From contig NC_004459.3 in the NCBI RefSeq assembly GCF_000039765.1, positions 1,620,001 through 1,652,000 of the forward strand: 32,000 bases of DNA, given 5' to 3'. Each line of letters opens with the position of its first letter. Position 1 is the stretch's first letter. Below, piece by piece: positions 20,215 through 29,034 of this stretch. Both the position numbers and the translations under genes were made by a program. This DNA comes from Vibrio vulnificus CMCP6 (GTDB taxonomy: Bacteria; Pseudomonadota; Gammaproteobacteria; Enterobacterales; Vibrionaceae). The notes beneath the pieces were generated by a model that searched no databases, was not told the origin of the DNA, and worked only from the letters and a program-made list of their open reading frames with translations.

Positions 20215-22134
20215 TCATTTCCATGGCTGGCGATACTTGATGCCCTGTTTGTCCAGTAGCGGCAAGTGACCTTTCAGCCTTGATAAAAAGTCGTTCCAAT
20301 CACGATGTTCTTTCTGTGTCCAACACGCTTCGGCGAGTGCAATAATGCGTGGGAAGACCATATAGTCCATTCGCTCAGGGTTATTGATGATTTCGCACCA
20401 AAGAGCCGTTTGGATTCCCCAAATTCGCTTATGAATTGGGTCGTCAGCCGGAATATTGGCAAGCGGCTCGTAGTTGTAGGCTTTTTCGAGTGGCAGTGGA
20501 TTGGCCCAATCTACCCCCGGCTCTTCCGGTGCGTAATCTTGTGTCATATCGAGATAAGTGGTTTGAGCGGGTTGAAGTACCACATCAAAGCCTTGACGGG
20601 CGCAGTTCACCGCCGCTTCTTCACTTAACCACGAGTAAATCACGGTGTCCTTACTCACTTTGTCACCGTGTTGTGCTTCTTCCCATCCCAACATTCGCTT
20701 GCCAAGACTGCGCAGCTTTTGCTCGGCGTGACGCAGTAAGTGACCTTGCAGCTCCTTGTAATCCTGATAGCCATGTTGCTTCATCAAGGCTTGACAGCTT
20801 GGGCTGTTTGACCAAACCCCGTGAGGTACTTCGTCGGCACCAATATGAACGTAGGGTGCCGGGAACAGTTGGGCGATTTCTTCCAGCACACCATCTAAAA
20901 ATTGATAGGTGGTGCTTAAGCCGGGATTAAGAACGTTATCGGAGTAATTTTGAATACTGCGATAGACGGTGTCGTCTTCTGCTTCTACCAGCATTTCTGG
21001 CAGCGATTTAATCGCTGCGCGACAGTGACCAGGAACGTCAATTTCAGGAATGACCATGATGCTGCGCTGCGCGGCGTAGGCGACCACTTCTTTGATCTCT
21101 TCTTGGCTATAGAACCCGCCATAACGCTGCGAAATATGGGTATATTGGGGCTCAATCGCTTCATCGACACCACGCCAAGCCCCTGTCTCTGTTAATGCTG
21201 GGAATGCTTTGATTTCAACGCGCCAGCCTTCATCGTCCGTTAAATGCCAATGAAAGGTATTGAACTTATAGTGGGCGAGGAGATTAATTAGACGCTTGAC
21301 TTGCTCAACCGAGTGGAAGTGGCGAGAGCAATCCAACATCATGCCGCGATAGCGAAAACGTGGGCTGTCAGAAATTGAACAGCAAGCCAACTGGGCCTCT
21401 TGTGTGAGCGAGTTGTAATCAAGCAGTTGTAATAGGCTTGCGGTAGCGTGGACAAAGCCAGAGCTAGAGCCCGCTTCAACGCGCACTTGCTCTTGGCTAA
21501 TTTTGAGTTGATAAGCCCCTTCATCCAGTGTTGGGTTGCTACGGTAAACGATTTCTCCCGCTTCGCTGGTGGCAAGTTTAAACTGATGCAAACGCGCCAT
21601 TTCGTCCATGAGCCAAGTCACCGCGGAGTCCGCCAATGCGGATTGGCAGGTGATGGCTGACGATGGTGTGAGAGAAAAATGCCCAGCATCAACATGCAAC
21701 GCATTTGCTTTAGGTAATAGTGAATAGGCGCTGGCTAACGTAGGAGCGATGGTTTCGCGTTCACGGTAGGGTGAAGCAAGAACGATCGGGGTGACATCGA
21801 CGTTAGAGCGCACCTGCTCACCTTCATGGTGATACTCGACAAAAGCTTCATTCAATCCATCGGAATAAAAACGGAATGGATTGGTCAGTACGGTGAACTC
21901 ACAATAGAAGTGATGATTGGCCGGTAGTACCAAGCTATCTGGTTTTAACTGACAGAAACTCCCAATTTGCGTTAAGGTGCCATGCGAAATGCTGCCTGGC
22001 TGAATAAAACGAGTAAAGGCAAAGGTTAAAGACCAGTTGGGTAAGTCTTGATCACTGAGGTTATGCAGCGTCATACCAAAACGGCAGTTTTGCTTTTGTT
22101 CTGAAAGGACAACCAGGTCGATACGATATTCCAT
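20215..22134 (-). CDS. Beta-N-acetylhexosaminidase (GH20), probably cytosolic
   Basis: RYRGMMLDCSRHFHSVEQVKRLINLLAHYKFNTFHWHLTDDEGWRVEIKAFPALTETGAWRG...HIGADEVPHGVW. The H-x-G-x-DE catalytic motif is present. No obvious signal peptide. Confidence 0.94.
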   Translation of the reverse strand: MEYRIDLVVLSEQKQNCRFGMTLHNLSDQDLPNWSLTFAFTRFIQPGSISHGTLTQIGSFCQLKPDSLVLPANHHFYCEFTVLTNPFRFYSDGLNEAFVEYHHEGEQVRSNVDVTPIVLASPYRERETIAPTLASAYSLLPKANALHVDAGHFSLTPSSAITCQSALADSAVTWLMDEMARLHQFKLATSEAGEIVYRSNPTLDEGAYQLKISQEQVRVEAGSSSGFVHATASLLQLLDYNSLTQEAQLACCSISDSPRFRYRGMMLDCSRHFHSVEQVKRLINLLAHYKFNTFHWHLTDDEGWRVEIKAFPALTETGAWRGVDEAIEPQYTHISQRYGGFYSQEEIKEVVAYAAQRSIMVIPEIDVPGHCRAAIKSLPEMLVEAEDDTVYRSIQNYSDNVLNPGLSTTYQFLDGVLEEIAQLFPAPYVHIGADEVPHGVWSNSPSCQALMKQHGYQDYKELQGHLLRHAEQKLRSLGKRMLGWEEAQHGDKVSKDTVIYSWLSEEAAVNCARQGFDVVLQPAQTTYLDMTQDYAPEEPGVDWANPLPLEKAYNYEPLANIPADDPIHKRIWGIQTALWCEIINNPERMDYMVFPRIIALAEACWTQKEHRDWNDFLSRLKGHLPLLDKQGIKYRQPWK

Positions 22135-22143
22135 AAACGATTC

Positions 22144-23034
22144 CTAATTTGTTGCCACGGCATAGAGGTTATGTTCGCTTTTACCTGCAAACATGAGTGC
22201 ACCCTCTATGGCGTCATACTGAGCTTCAACGATCCACTGTTGTACTGGTGGAGAGAGCCACTTAACAATACGCTCGGCAATGCTGCCCATTAGACAGATG
22301 CGTGTTGCCCCGCGTTTATTTAAGGCAATCAGGAACATTTCAATGTCTTGCGCTGTTTGTTTTAGCATCTCGATCGCCAGTGTGTCGCCTTGTTCGGCAT
22401 GCTGGAAGATCGCAGGAGAAAATTGGCCATAATCACGAGGTAAAGCGGTTTTTGACCACTCAACAATGGCATCCACGTCATGATGGAAATGCGCCATAAC
22501 ATGCTCACATAACGGTGTGTTTTCGCGGATCCCATCTTGAGCTAGGAGTACTTGTTGAATAAGACGAAGGCCCATGACAGCGCCGCCCCCTTGATCCGAA
22601 ATAGGAAACTCACGGCCGCCAACCACGTGTTGAGTGGTGCCTTGCAGATAGATGCCACATGAACCCGTACCGGCAATCATGATGGCGCCATCTTGACCAT
22701 TATGTGCACCAATACAGGCGCCGTAAGCGTCGGTATTGAGTGTCATGCTGGCAAACGGATGTGTTTGTTGCATAAAGCTTTGCCAAGAGGCTTTATGTTC
22801 TGCTCCGGCTAAAGCCAATCCTACATGCATGCGAGAAAAATCTTGTGTGGATAAACCGCCTTGTGTGGCCGCGTCTTGAATGGCCGAAAGAATCGATTCC
22901 ATTGCCACAGAGGCGCCCAGCATAATGTTGGCACTGCCGCTTTTGGCTTCACCAATAAAGTGCCCTTGAGCATCTTTGATGCGTGCTCGGCAAGAAGTGC
23001 CGCCCCCATCGATTCCTACGTATAAATGCGTCAT
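22144..23034 (-). CDS. BadF/BadG-type glucosamine (GspK-like) / N-acetylglucosamine kinase
   Basis: MTHLYVGIDGGGTSCRARIKDAQG...IMIAGTGSCGIYLQG. Position in the cluster matches the V. cholerae glucosamine-specific kinase. Confidence 0.85.
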   Translation of the reverse strand: MTHLYVGIDGGGTSCRARIKDAQGHFIGEAKSGSANIMLGASVAMESILSAIQDAATQGGLSTQDFSRMHVGLALAGAEHKASWQSFMQQTHPFASMTLNTDAYGACIGAHNGQDGAIMIAGTGSCGIYLQGTTQHVVGGREFPISDQGGGAVMGLRLIQQVLLAQDGIRENTPLCEHVMAHFHHDVDAIVEWSKTALPRDYGQFSPAIFQHAEQGDTLAIEMLKQTAQDIEMFLIALNKRGATRICLMGSIAERIVKWLSPPVQQWIVEAQYDAIEGALMFAGKSEHNLYAVATN

Positions 23035-23035
23035 G

Positions 23036-24757
23036 TTATTTTCCTAGCGTGGCTGAGTTGTAGTGTGTCTGGCTCATGATCGCGAGAAGATACCAAGCCC
23101 CATGAGGGATCCATTGCTCTCCCCAGCGCCAGTTTTGTAATAAGTCGTCTTTTTGTTTTTCAGGATTAAAGGCAATGTCGTTTTCATCATCAAAGCCTGA
23201 AGTGATGCCGTTACAGACGCCCCCTTTGGCGTTGAAGAAACCGAATTGAGGCAAATAGTCAGGATTGTTACGACCATGCCCATCCAGCATACACATATCG
23301 TAAGGGTTGAGACCCAATACCCAATCGAGTGAGCGCTGAGCCAATACGGCCATCTCATGACTGAGGCGAGCATCTTGCAGATGAGGTTGCACCAAGTAAG
23401 CCATTGAGGCGATGGAGCCTAAACGCGCATTCTCACCTTGCCACCAGTACCCAGACTCATTGTTTTGCGCGACAAAAAACGCATCACGCTTATTTTCGTT
23501 TACGCCTTTGACATATTGTCTTGGGTAGCTAAATGGGTTATTCACTTTATGAGTAATGTTGAGCTCAAATTCACATGCTCGGTGCACGACTTCTCGCGCT
23601 TGTTCCATTAGTTCAGAGTTGTGTTCAATCGAGAGGTATTCGCACAGGGCAATAACAGGTAGGCCTGCTTCCGCTGCGTGGAAATAGGGACGAGAACCAT
23701 CCAGATTGGCAGACCAATAATGGGCAAACTGCTCATCACTTTGCTGTCGAGTACACAAGCGTGATGCCCAAATTCGGCTTTCCGCGAGATAACGCTCTTC
23801 TTGAGTGGCACGATAGAGCTCAACAACCGCGAGCAGAGCGCAATACTCATCAATGATGTTTTCTTGACCATCGTTGAGGTATTGAGGGTTGTACTCTTTG
23901 AGATGCCAGTAACCATTCTCTGCAGCATTGAGGTATTTTTGTTGGTCAAATTCACCGTGTACATCGAGACGAGAGGCGGCCGCTAGCGCTGCGATGCTGA
24001 CGCCGCCGCCTTGACGAAACCCTGCTTGATAGTCATCAGATTTATGACCTTGCTGAGTTTCGTAAGAGCAGATCTCGCGTTGTTTGATGTCTTTACTCCA
24101 CTTATCGAACACCGTGGTATAGAAGAAGCCTTGGCTGTCTTGCATTCTGACGAGGAAATCCGCGCCATGCAGCGCTTCTTCTTTCAAACGTACTTGGCTG
24201 AAGGCGGGTAGGATCTCATGACCAGAGAGCAGTTCTAGCCCTTTAAGCATGTTCCAAACCACCATCGGCGTTTGCTGTGGGTTGAGATAATTGGCATACG
24301 AAAGATGGCTGAGGTATTTGCTCACGTCGCCAGATGCGTCGTACCAACCGCCGTGTACATCGACGGTTTTATTACGGTTTAACAGTGGTGCGTTGCGATC
24401 TTGCAGGTCAAAAATGCCGCCACAGCGCTGTGATTTAAAGTAATGCAGTACATCGGAAAAAGTTTGCTGCATCAGCAGCGATTGGCCGATAGTGAAGTTT
24501 GCTGAACGATGATTATCAAAACGAATATAGAACTCGCCGACTTGGTCGAAGTCTGAAAAATCAATCGTGTAAAAGTAACCTTGGTGCCAATTGGCGACTT
24601 TGCCCACTTTCTCGATTTCTAATGATGCCACGGTCTGATGGCCATTGGCGCACACCAATAAGGCAGCATAAGACGACAAACGCGACTTATTACTTTGAAT
24701 GACCGCATGTTTGGGTCCACTCAGTTCGTAGCCTAGGTGATTGGTGAGTAGCAGCAT
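23036..24757 (-). CDS. Glycoside hydrolase family 9 protein (endoglucanase-like; probable glucosaminidase of chitin pathway)
   Basis: MLLLTNHLGYELSGPKHAVIQ (N-terminal Ig-like CelD domain), VDVHGGWYDASGDVSKYL, SLDWVLGLNPYDMCMLDGHGRNNPDYLPQFG, GFDDENDIAFNP. Start set at ATG 24757 with SD GGAG; the track's 24826 is a TTG. Confidence 0.87.
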   Translation of the reverse strand: MLLLTNHLGYELSGPKHAVIQSNKSRLSSYAALLVCANGHQTVASLEIEKVGKVANWHQGYFYTIDFSDFDQVGEFYIRFDNHRSANFTIGQSLLMQQTFSDVLHYFKSQRCGGIFDLQDRNAPLLNRNKTVDVHGGWYDASGDVSKYLSHLSYANYLNPQQTPMVVWNMLKGLELLSGHEILPAFSQVRLKEEALHGADFLVRMQDSQGFFYTTVFDKWSKDIKQREICSYETQQGHKSDDYQAGFRQGGGVSIAALAAASRLDVHGEFDQQKYLNAAENGYWHLKEYNPQYLNDGQENIIDEYCALLAVVELYRATQEERYLAESRIWASRLCTRQQSDEQFAHYWSANLDGSRPYFHAAEAGLPVIALCEYLSIEHNSELMEQAREVVHRACEFELNITHKVNNPFSYPRQYVKGVNENKRDAFFVAQNNESGYWWQGENARLGSIASMAYLVQPHLQDARLSHEMAVLAQRSLDWVLGLNPYDMCMLDGHGRNNPDYLPQFGFFNAKGGVCNGITSGFDDENDIAFNPEKQKDDLLQNWRWGEQWIPHGAWYLLAIMSQTHYNSATLGK

Positions 24758-24832
24758 TACAAATCTCCGACATGTCGCAAAATAATAGGTAGTAACAGTG
24801 AGAGCCAAGGCAACGCCTTGGCTCAATTAGGT

Positions 24833-25828
24833 TTAGTTTTCGAATAGGTAACAACGAACAAAGTGGTTTTCAGACAGTTGAGTCACTTCAGGCAGCTTCT
24901 CACGACATTTCTCTGTTGCGTGTTCACAGCGACCAGCGAAAGGACAGCCAACGGAATCTGGAGTCCAAAGTGGAATTTCTCCTTTGTTGCCTTTGAGCTT
25001 TTCATGAATGGATTTCGATGGATCTGGCACCGCAGAAACCAACAACTGCGTGTATGGGTGTTGAGGATCGTGAATGATCTCATCGGTATCCCCCCATTCC
25101 ACCATGTGTCCAACATACATTACTGCCAGATCTTCCGCGATATAACGAGCCGTTGCGATGTCGTGCGTGATGTAAAGAAGAGACATCTGTTTTTCGAACT
25201 TCATCTCTTCCATCAAGTTAAGGACACCAGCGCGAATCGATACGTCCAGCATTGAGGTCGGTTCGTCGGCAAGCACCACTTCTGCGCCTACAGCAATGTT
25301 ACGCGCCAAGTTGACACGCTGACGCTGACCACCAGAAAGCTGATGCGGAAACTTTTCTGCAGTGGCTTTCGGTGGAATCAAGCCCACTTGTTCAAGCAGG
25401 TCGTACACGCGCTCTTCCAACTCTTTCTTGTTACCCGGTGCGACCTTTTTGTGGATCAGTAGCGGGCGCGCAATATGGTGGAAGATATTGTGTGTTGGGT
25501 TGAGAGAACCAAACGGGTCTTGCCACACCATTTGGATCCCTTCGCGATAGGTCATGAGATCTTTCTTTGATGTGATCTCTTGAATATCACGCCCTTTGTA
25601 CTCAATGACGCCATTCGTTGGGGCGTACATCTTGGCAATCATTTTGGCTGTCGTGGATTTGCCTGAGCCAGATTCACCCACGACAGACAGACCACGTGCT
25701 TTGTACATTTTGAACGACACGTCGTTGATCGCACGCATCTTGGTTTGTTTTAGAGCATTACTGTTGAGGGGAAAGTCTTTGACGACATTTTTACCTTCAA
25801 TCAGTAGCTCGCCATATTCTTTGCTCAT
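24833..25828 (-). CDS. Chitooligosaccharide/dipeptide-type ABC transporter, ATP-binding protein (DppF-like)
   Basis: GESGSGKST, LSGGQRQRVNLARNI, VLADEPTSMLD, C-terminal oligopeptide ABC Cys-rich segment CPFAGRCEHATEKC. Confidence 0.93.
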   Translation of the reverse strand: MSKEYGELLIEGKNVVKDFPLNSNALKQTKMRAINDVSFKMYKARGLSVVGESGSGKSTTAKMIAKMYAPTNGVIEYKGRDIQEITSKKDLMTYREGIQMVWQDPFGSLNPTHNIFHHIARPLLIHKKVAPGNKKELEERVYDLLEQVGLIPPKATAEKFPHQLSGGQRQRVNLARNIAVGAEVVLADEPTSMLDVSIRAGVLNLMEEMKFEKQMSLLYITHDIATARYIAEDLAVMYVGHMVEWGDTDEIIHDPQHPYTQLLVSAVPDPSKSIHEKLKGNKGEIPLWTPDSVGCPFAGRCEHATEKCREKLPEVTQLSENHFVRCYLFEN

Positions 25829-25865
25829 AATTGTCTCCAGTCTTCTTACTGCTTATTTCGTTGTG

Positions 25866-26849
25866 TTACAGCTTGTTTTGAGCAATCGGTTCGCCATAAA
25901 GGTGGCAGTTTGAGAAACGGCCTGGCTCGATTTGTCTTAAGCTAGTAGCGACTTTGGTACAGGTGTCATGCACTCGATCACAACGTGCCTGGAAACGGCA
26001 GCCCTGAGGAACCTCTAGTAAGTTAAGAGGGTTACCTGGGATACCTGTTAACTTGGTTTTTGGACCCGTTAACGGAGGGAAAGAGCTACCCAACCCTTTG
26101 GTGTAAGGGTGGTAAGGACTTTCCAAAATTTGTTTAGCGGGAGCGACTTCAATCAGTTCACCGGAATACATGATGCCAATGCGGTCTGAAAACTCGACCA
26201 TCAACGACAAGTCATGGGTAATGAACAGAATCGAGAAGCCGAACTCTTCTTTCAATGCGTAGATTTTTTGCAAAATCTCACGCTGTACAACCACGTCTAG
26301 TGCTGTAGTTGGCTCATCCATGATGATCATTTTCGGATTGAGAGCCAACGCGATTGCAATAACCAAACGCTGACGCATACCACCAGAGAACTGATGAGGG
26401 TAGTCATGCAAACGGCTTGGGTGAATGTCCACGATCTCCAGCAAACCTTCTGCGCGACGTTTTGCCTGCTCACGCGTCATGTTGGTGTGGCGCATGATGA
26501 CGTCACAGAATTGATCTTCCATCGTCAGTACTGGGTTCAGCGCGTTCATTGCACTTTGGAAAACCATCGACATTTCGCTCCAGCGGAATGCCTGCATGCG
26601 GTCATCGCTGTATTGCAAGATGTTTTCACCATTGAAGATGACTTCCCCGCCAGTGATAAACGCTGGCGGCTTGTGTAGACGCATCAATGAGAATGCAACG
26701 GTGGATTTGCCACAGCCTGATTCGCCTGCTAGGCCAAATACTTCGCCTGGTGCAATATCAAAGCTAACGTTGTTACAAGCGCGGACATCGCCCGCGTCTG
26801 TGATGTAGTCAACGCAAAGGTTGCGGATTGAAATAAGTGGTTCGGTCAT
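25866..26849 (-). CDS. Chitooligosaccharide/dipeptide-type ABC transporter, ATP-binding protein (DppD-like)
   Basis: GESGCGKST, FSGGMRQRLVIAIAL, IIMDEPTTALD, CRFQARCDRVHDTC. Confidence 0.93.
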   Translation of the reverse strand: MTEPLISIRNLCVDYITDAGDVRACNNVSFDIAPGEVFGLAGESGCGKSTVAFSLMRLHKPPAFITGGEVIFNGENILQYSDDRMQAFRWSEMSMVFQSAMNALNPVLTMEDQFCDVIMRHTNMTREQAKRRAEGLLEIVDIHPSRLHDYPHQFSGGMRQRLVIAIALALNPKMIIMDEPTTALDVVVQREILQKIYALKEEFGFSILFITHDLSLMVEFSDRIGIMYSGELIEVAPAKQILESPYHPYTKGLGSSFPPLTGPKTKLTGIPGNPLNLLEVPQGCRFQARCDRVHDTCTKVATSLRQIEPGRFSNCHLYGEPIAQNKL

Positions 26850-26851
26850 GA

Positions 26852-27877
26852 TTATTTATCTCCGCTCCAAAGTGCATTTTGCGGTGCCATTTCAGGCTCA
26901 CGCTCTTTCTTGTCTTCTTTCGCTAGCTTCTGCCAGCGCTTCATTCCTTTGTGAGAACGAAGTTGTGGGTTCGCAATCTCATCGACCGCAAAGTTCAGTA
27001 ATGCAAGGCCAGTGACGAGTAGTGTCAGTGCGATACACGGAGCAAGCAGTTCCCACCATGCGCCAATCAGCATTGAAGAGGAGGTCTGTACGTTGTACAG
27101 CATGATGCCCCAACTGATGGTGTTTGGATCGCCTAGACCAAGGAAGGAAATGATCGATTCCATGGTGATGGCGTACATTACCGAGCCGATGAAACTTGCA
27201 CCCACAATTGGAATCAGGTTTGGCAGAATCTCAACAAAGATGATGCGCCATGAAGATTCGCCCAATACTTCTGCGGCTTTAACAAATTCTTTTTCACGTA
27301 GTGCAAGGGTTTGAGAGCGGACAACCCGCGCACCCCAGGCCCAGGAGGTACAGCCGATGATAATGGCAATGGTCATTGGCCCTGCTTCACCGATAAAGGC
27401 GGCAAGAACGAACAGCAATGGATACTGAGGAATAACCAGCATGATGTTCATCGCAGCGGTGAGAATGTCATCAACACGACCACCAAAGTAACCCGCTGAG
27501 ATACCAATAACGGTTGCGAGGAAACACACGGTGATACCCGCACCAAAACCAACCGCAAGTGACACTCGTGCACCGTAAGCTAGTTGTGACCATACGTCAC
27601 GCCCCATACGAGAAGTACCCAGTACGTGATCGGCTTTCTTCGACAGAAGAAGAGTACGACGGTCATCGGCAAGGTTGGTAGCAATCCAACCATTTGGATC
27701 TGCTTGCGCGGCTTTGACGACGAAACTTGGGTATTCGTGTGGGTTACCAGTACGTTTATCTGGAGCATGTTTGGTGATCAGCGGCGCTGCGACCGCCATA
27801 AAGATAAACAGACAAACAATGACCAAACCAACGCGAGCAATCGCATTACCTAGAATCAGCTTAAATAAGTTGTTCAT
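26852..27877 (-). CDS. Chitooligosaccharide/dipeptide-type ABC transporter, permease (DppC-like)
   Basis: 341 aa, LGTSRMGRDVWSQLAYGARVSLAVG; permease loop EAAEVLGESSWRIIFVEILPNLIP. Confidence 0.92.
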   Translation of the reverse strand: MNNLFKLILGNAIARVGLVIVCLFIFMAVAAPLITKHAPDKRTGNPHEYPSFVVKAAQADPNGWIATNLADDRRTLLLSKKADHVLGTSRMGRDVWSQLAYGARVSLAVGFGAGITVCFLATVIGISAGYFGGRVDDILTAAMNIMLVIPQYPLLFVLAAFIGEAGPMTIAIIIGCTSWAWGARVVRSQTLALREKEFVKAAEVLGESSWRIIFVEILPNLIPIVGASFIGSVMYAITMESIISFLGLGDPNTISWGIMLYNVQTSSSMLIGAWWELLAPCIALTLLVTGLALLNFAVDEIANPQLRSHKGMKRWQKLAKEDKKEREPEMAPQNALWSGDK

Positions 27878-27879
27878 GA

Positions 27880-28866
27880 TTATTTGCCTCCCTTGCGTAG
27901 GCGAGGATCGAGTACGACATACAGCATGTCGGCAATCAGGTTAAATGACAGCATAAATAGAGTCATGATTAACAATTGGCCTTGTAGTACTTGGTAGTCA
28001 CGTGCATTGATCGCATCAAGCAGGACTTTACCCAAACCTGGGTAGTTGAAGATGATTTCAACAATCAGTTGACCACCGATGGCCATACCGAGTGACATGG
28101 ATAGAGCAGTCACACTTGGTAGCAGTGCGTTACGAGCTGCGTAGTTGAACACCACGCGGTTTTCGCTTAAGCCTTTGCCTTTCGCCATAGTGATGTAGTC
28201 TTCTGCTAGCAGGTTGATCATGTTGTTACGCATGTTCACCAAGAAGCCACCAATTTGAACGATAGACGCACAGAAGAGAGGTAGGACGGCGTGATAAGCA
28301 ACATCCTTGAAGTAGGCCCAGCTCGTCCAATCTGGAATGGTACCAGGCGTGTATGCATAGCCCGTCGGGAACCAACCAAGACCGATTGCAAAGATAAATA
28401 GGGCTAGCATTGCGATAACCACCTGAGGTACAGCTTGAATAATCAACATACCTGGTGTGATGAATGCATCGTATTTACTACCACGACGCCATGCTGCGAA
28501 AATACCCAGAATAGAGCCGATTGAGAATGAAAGAATAACCGCAGTACCAGCTAGGAAAAGGGACCAACCAAATGCGCTGCCTAATAGGTCATTAACACTC
28601 AGTGGGTAGAATTTAATAGAAGTACCAAGTTCCCAGCTTAGAATGCTCTTAATGTAAGTGAAATACTGAACATAAAGGGGACCATCGACAAAACCTAGCA
28701 GTTTCTTCATTGCCTCAATACGTTCTGGCGTTACCTGTGTGGTTGCATTCGCAAACATCATGGTAACTGGATCGCCAGGCATTGCTCGAGGAATAATAAA
28801 GTTTAATGTTGCCGCGACTAGCAGCGCGACCATATAGAACGACAAACGTCTTAAAAAATAACCCAT
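27880..28866 (-). CDS. Chitooligosaccharide/dipeptide-type ABC transporter, permease (DppB-like)
   Basis: 328 aa, MGYFLRRLSFYMVALLVAATLNFIIPRAMPGDPV...DYITMAKGKGLSENRVVFNYAARNALLP. Confidence 0.92.
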   Translation of the reverse strand: MGYFLRRLSFYMVALLVAATLNFIIPRAMPGDPVTMMFANATTQVTPERIEAMKKLLGFVDGPLYVQYFTYIKSILSWELGTSIKFYPLSVNDLLGSAFGWSLFLAGTAVILSFSIGSILGIFAAWRRGSKYDAFITPGMLIIQAVPQVVIAMLALFIFAIGLGWFPTGYAYTPGTIPDWTSWAYFKDVAYHAVLPLFCASIVQIGGFLVNMRNNMINLLAEDYITMAKGKGLSENRVVFNYAARNALLPSVTALSMSLGMAIGGQLIVEIIFNYPGLGKVLLDAINARDYQVLQGQLLIMTLFMLSFNLIADMLYVVLDPRLRKGGK

Positions 28867-28994
28867 AACTCACACCTTACTCACCCAGACTTTTTCCCTG
28901 TTTCTGGTTTCAGGTCGCTCGTGACCAAATTCAGAGCGAAAAATCCCCTGACGACTGGCGCCATAAACAAACTAGGTCTGAGAGGGATTTTATA

Positions 28995-29017
28995 GCGGCG
29001 CACGGGATGCGCGCCGC
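28995..29017 (-). other. Intercistronic GC-rich stem-loop between the solute-binding protein and permease genes
   Basis: GCGGCGC-ACGGGATGC-GCGCCGC: 7-bp perfect GC stem, 17 nt after the binding-protein stop on the minus strand, with no poly-U tract after it. Confidence 0.65.
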
Positions 29018-29034
29018 GGGAGATGAACTTCTAC

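Noticed and set aside
20436-20930. 164-aa plus-strand ORF antisense to the GH20 gene
   Set aside because: No family features, lies entirely within a well-supported CDS, and is typical of spurious reverse-strand ORFs.
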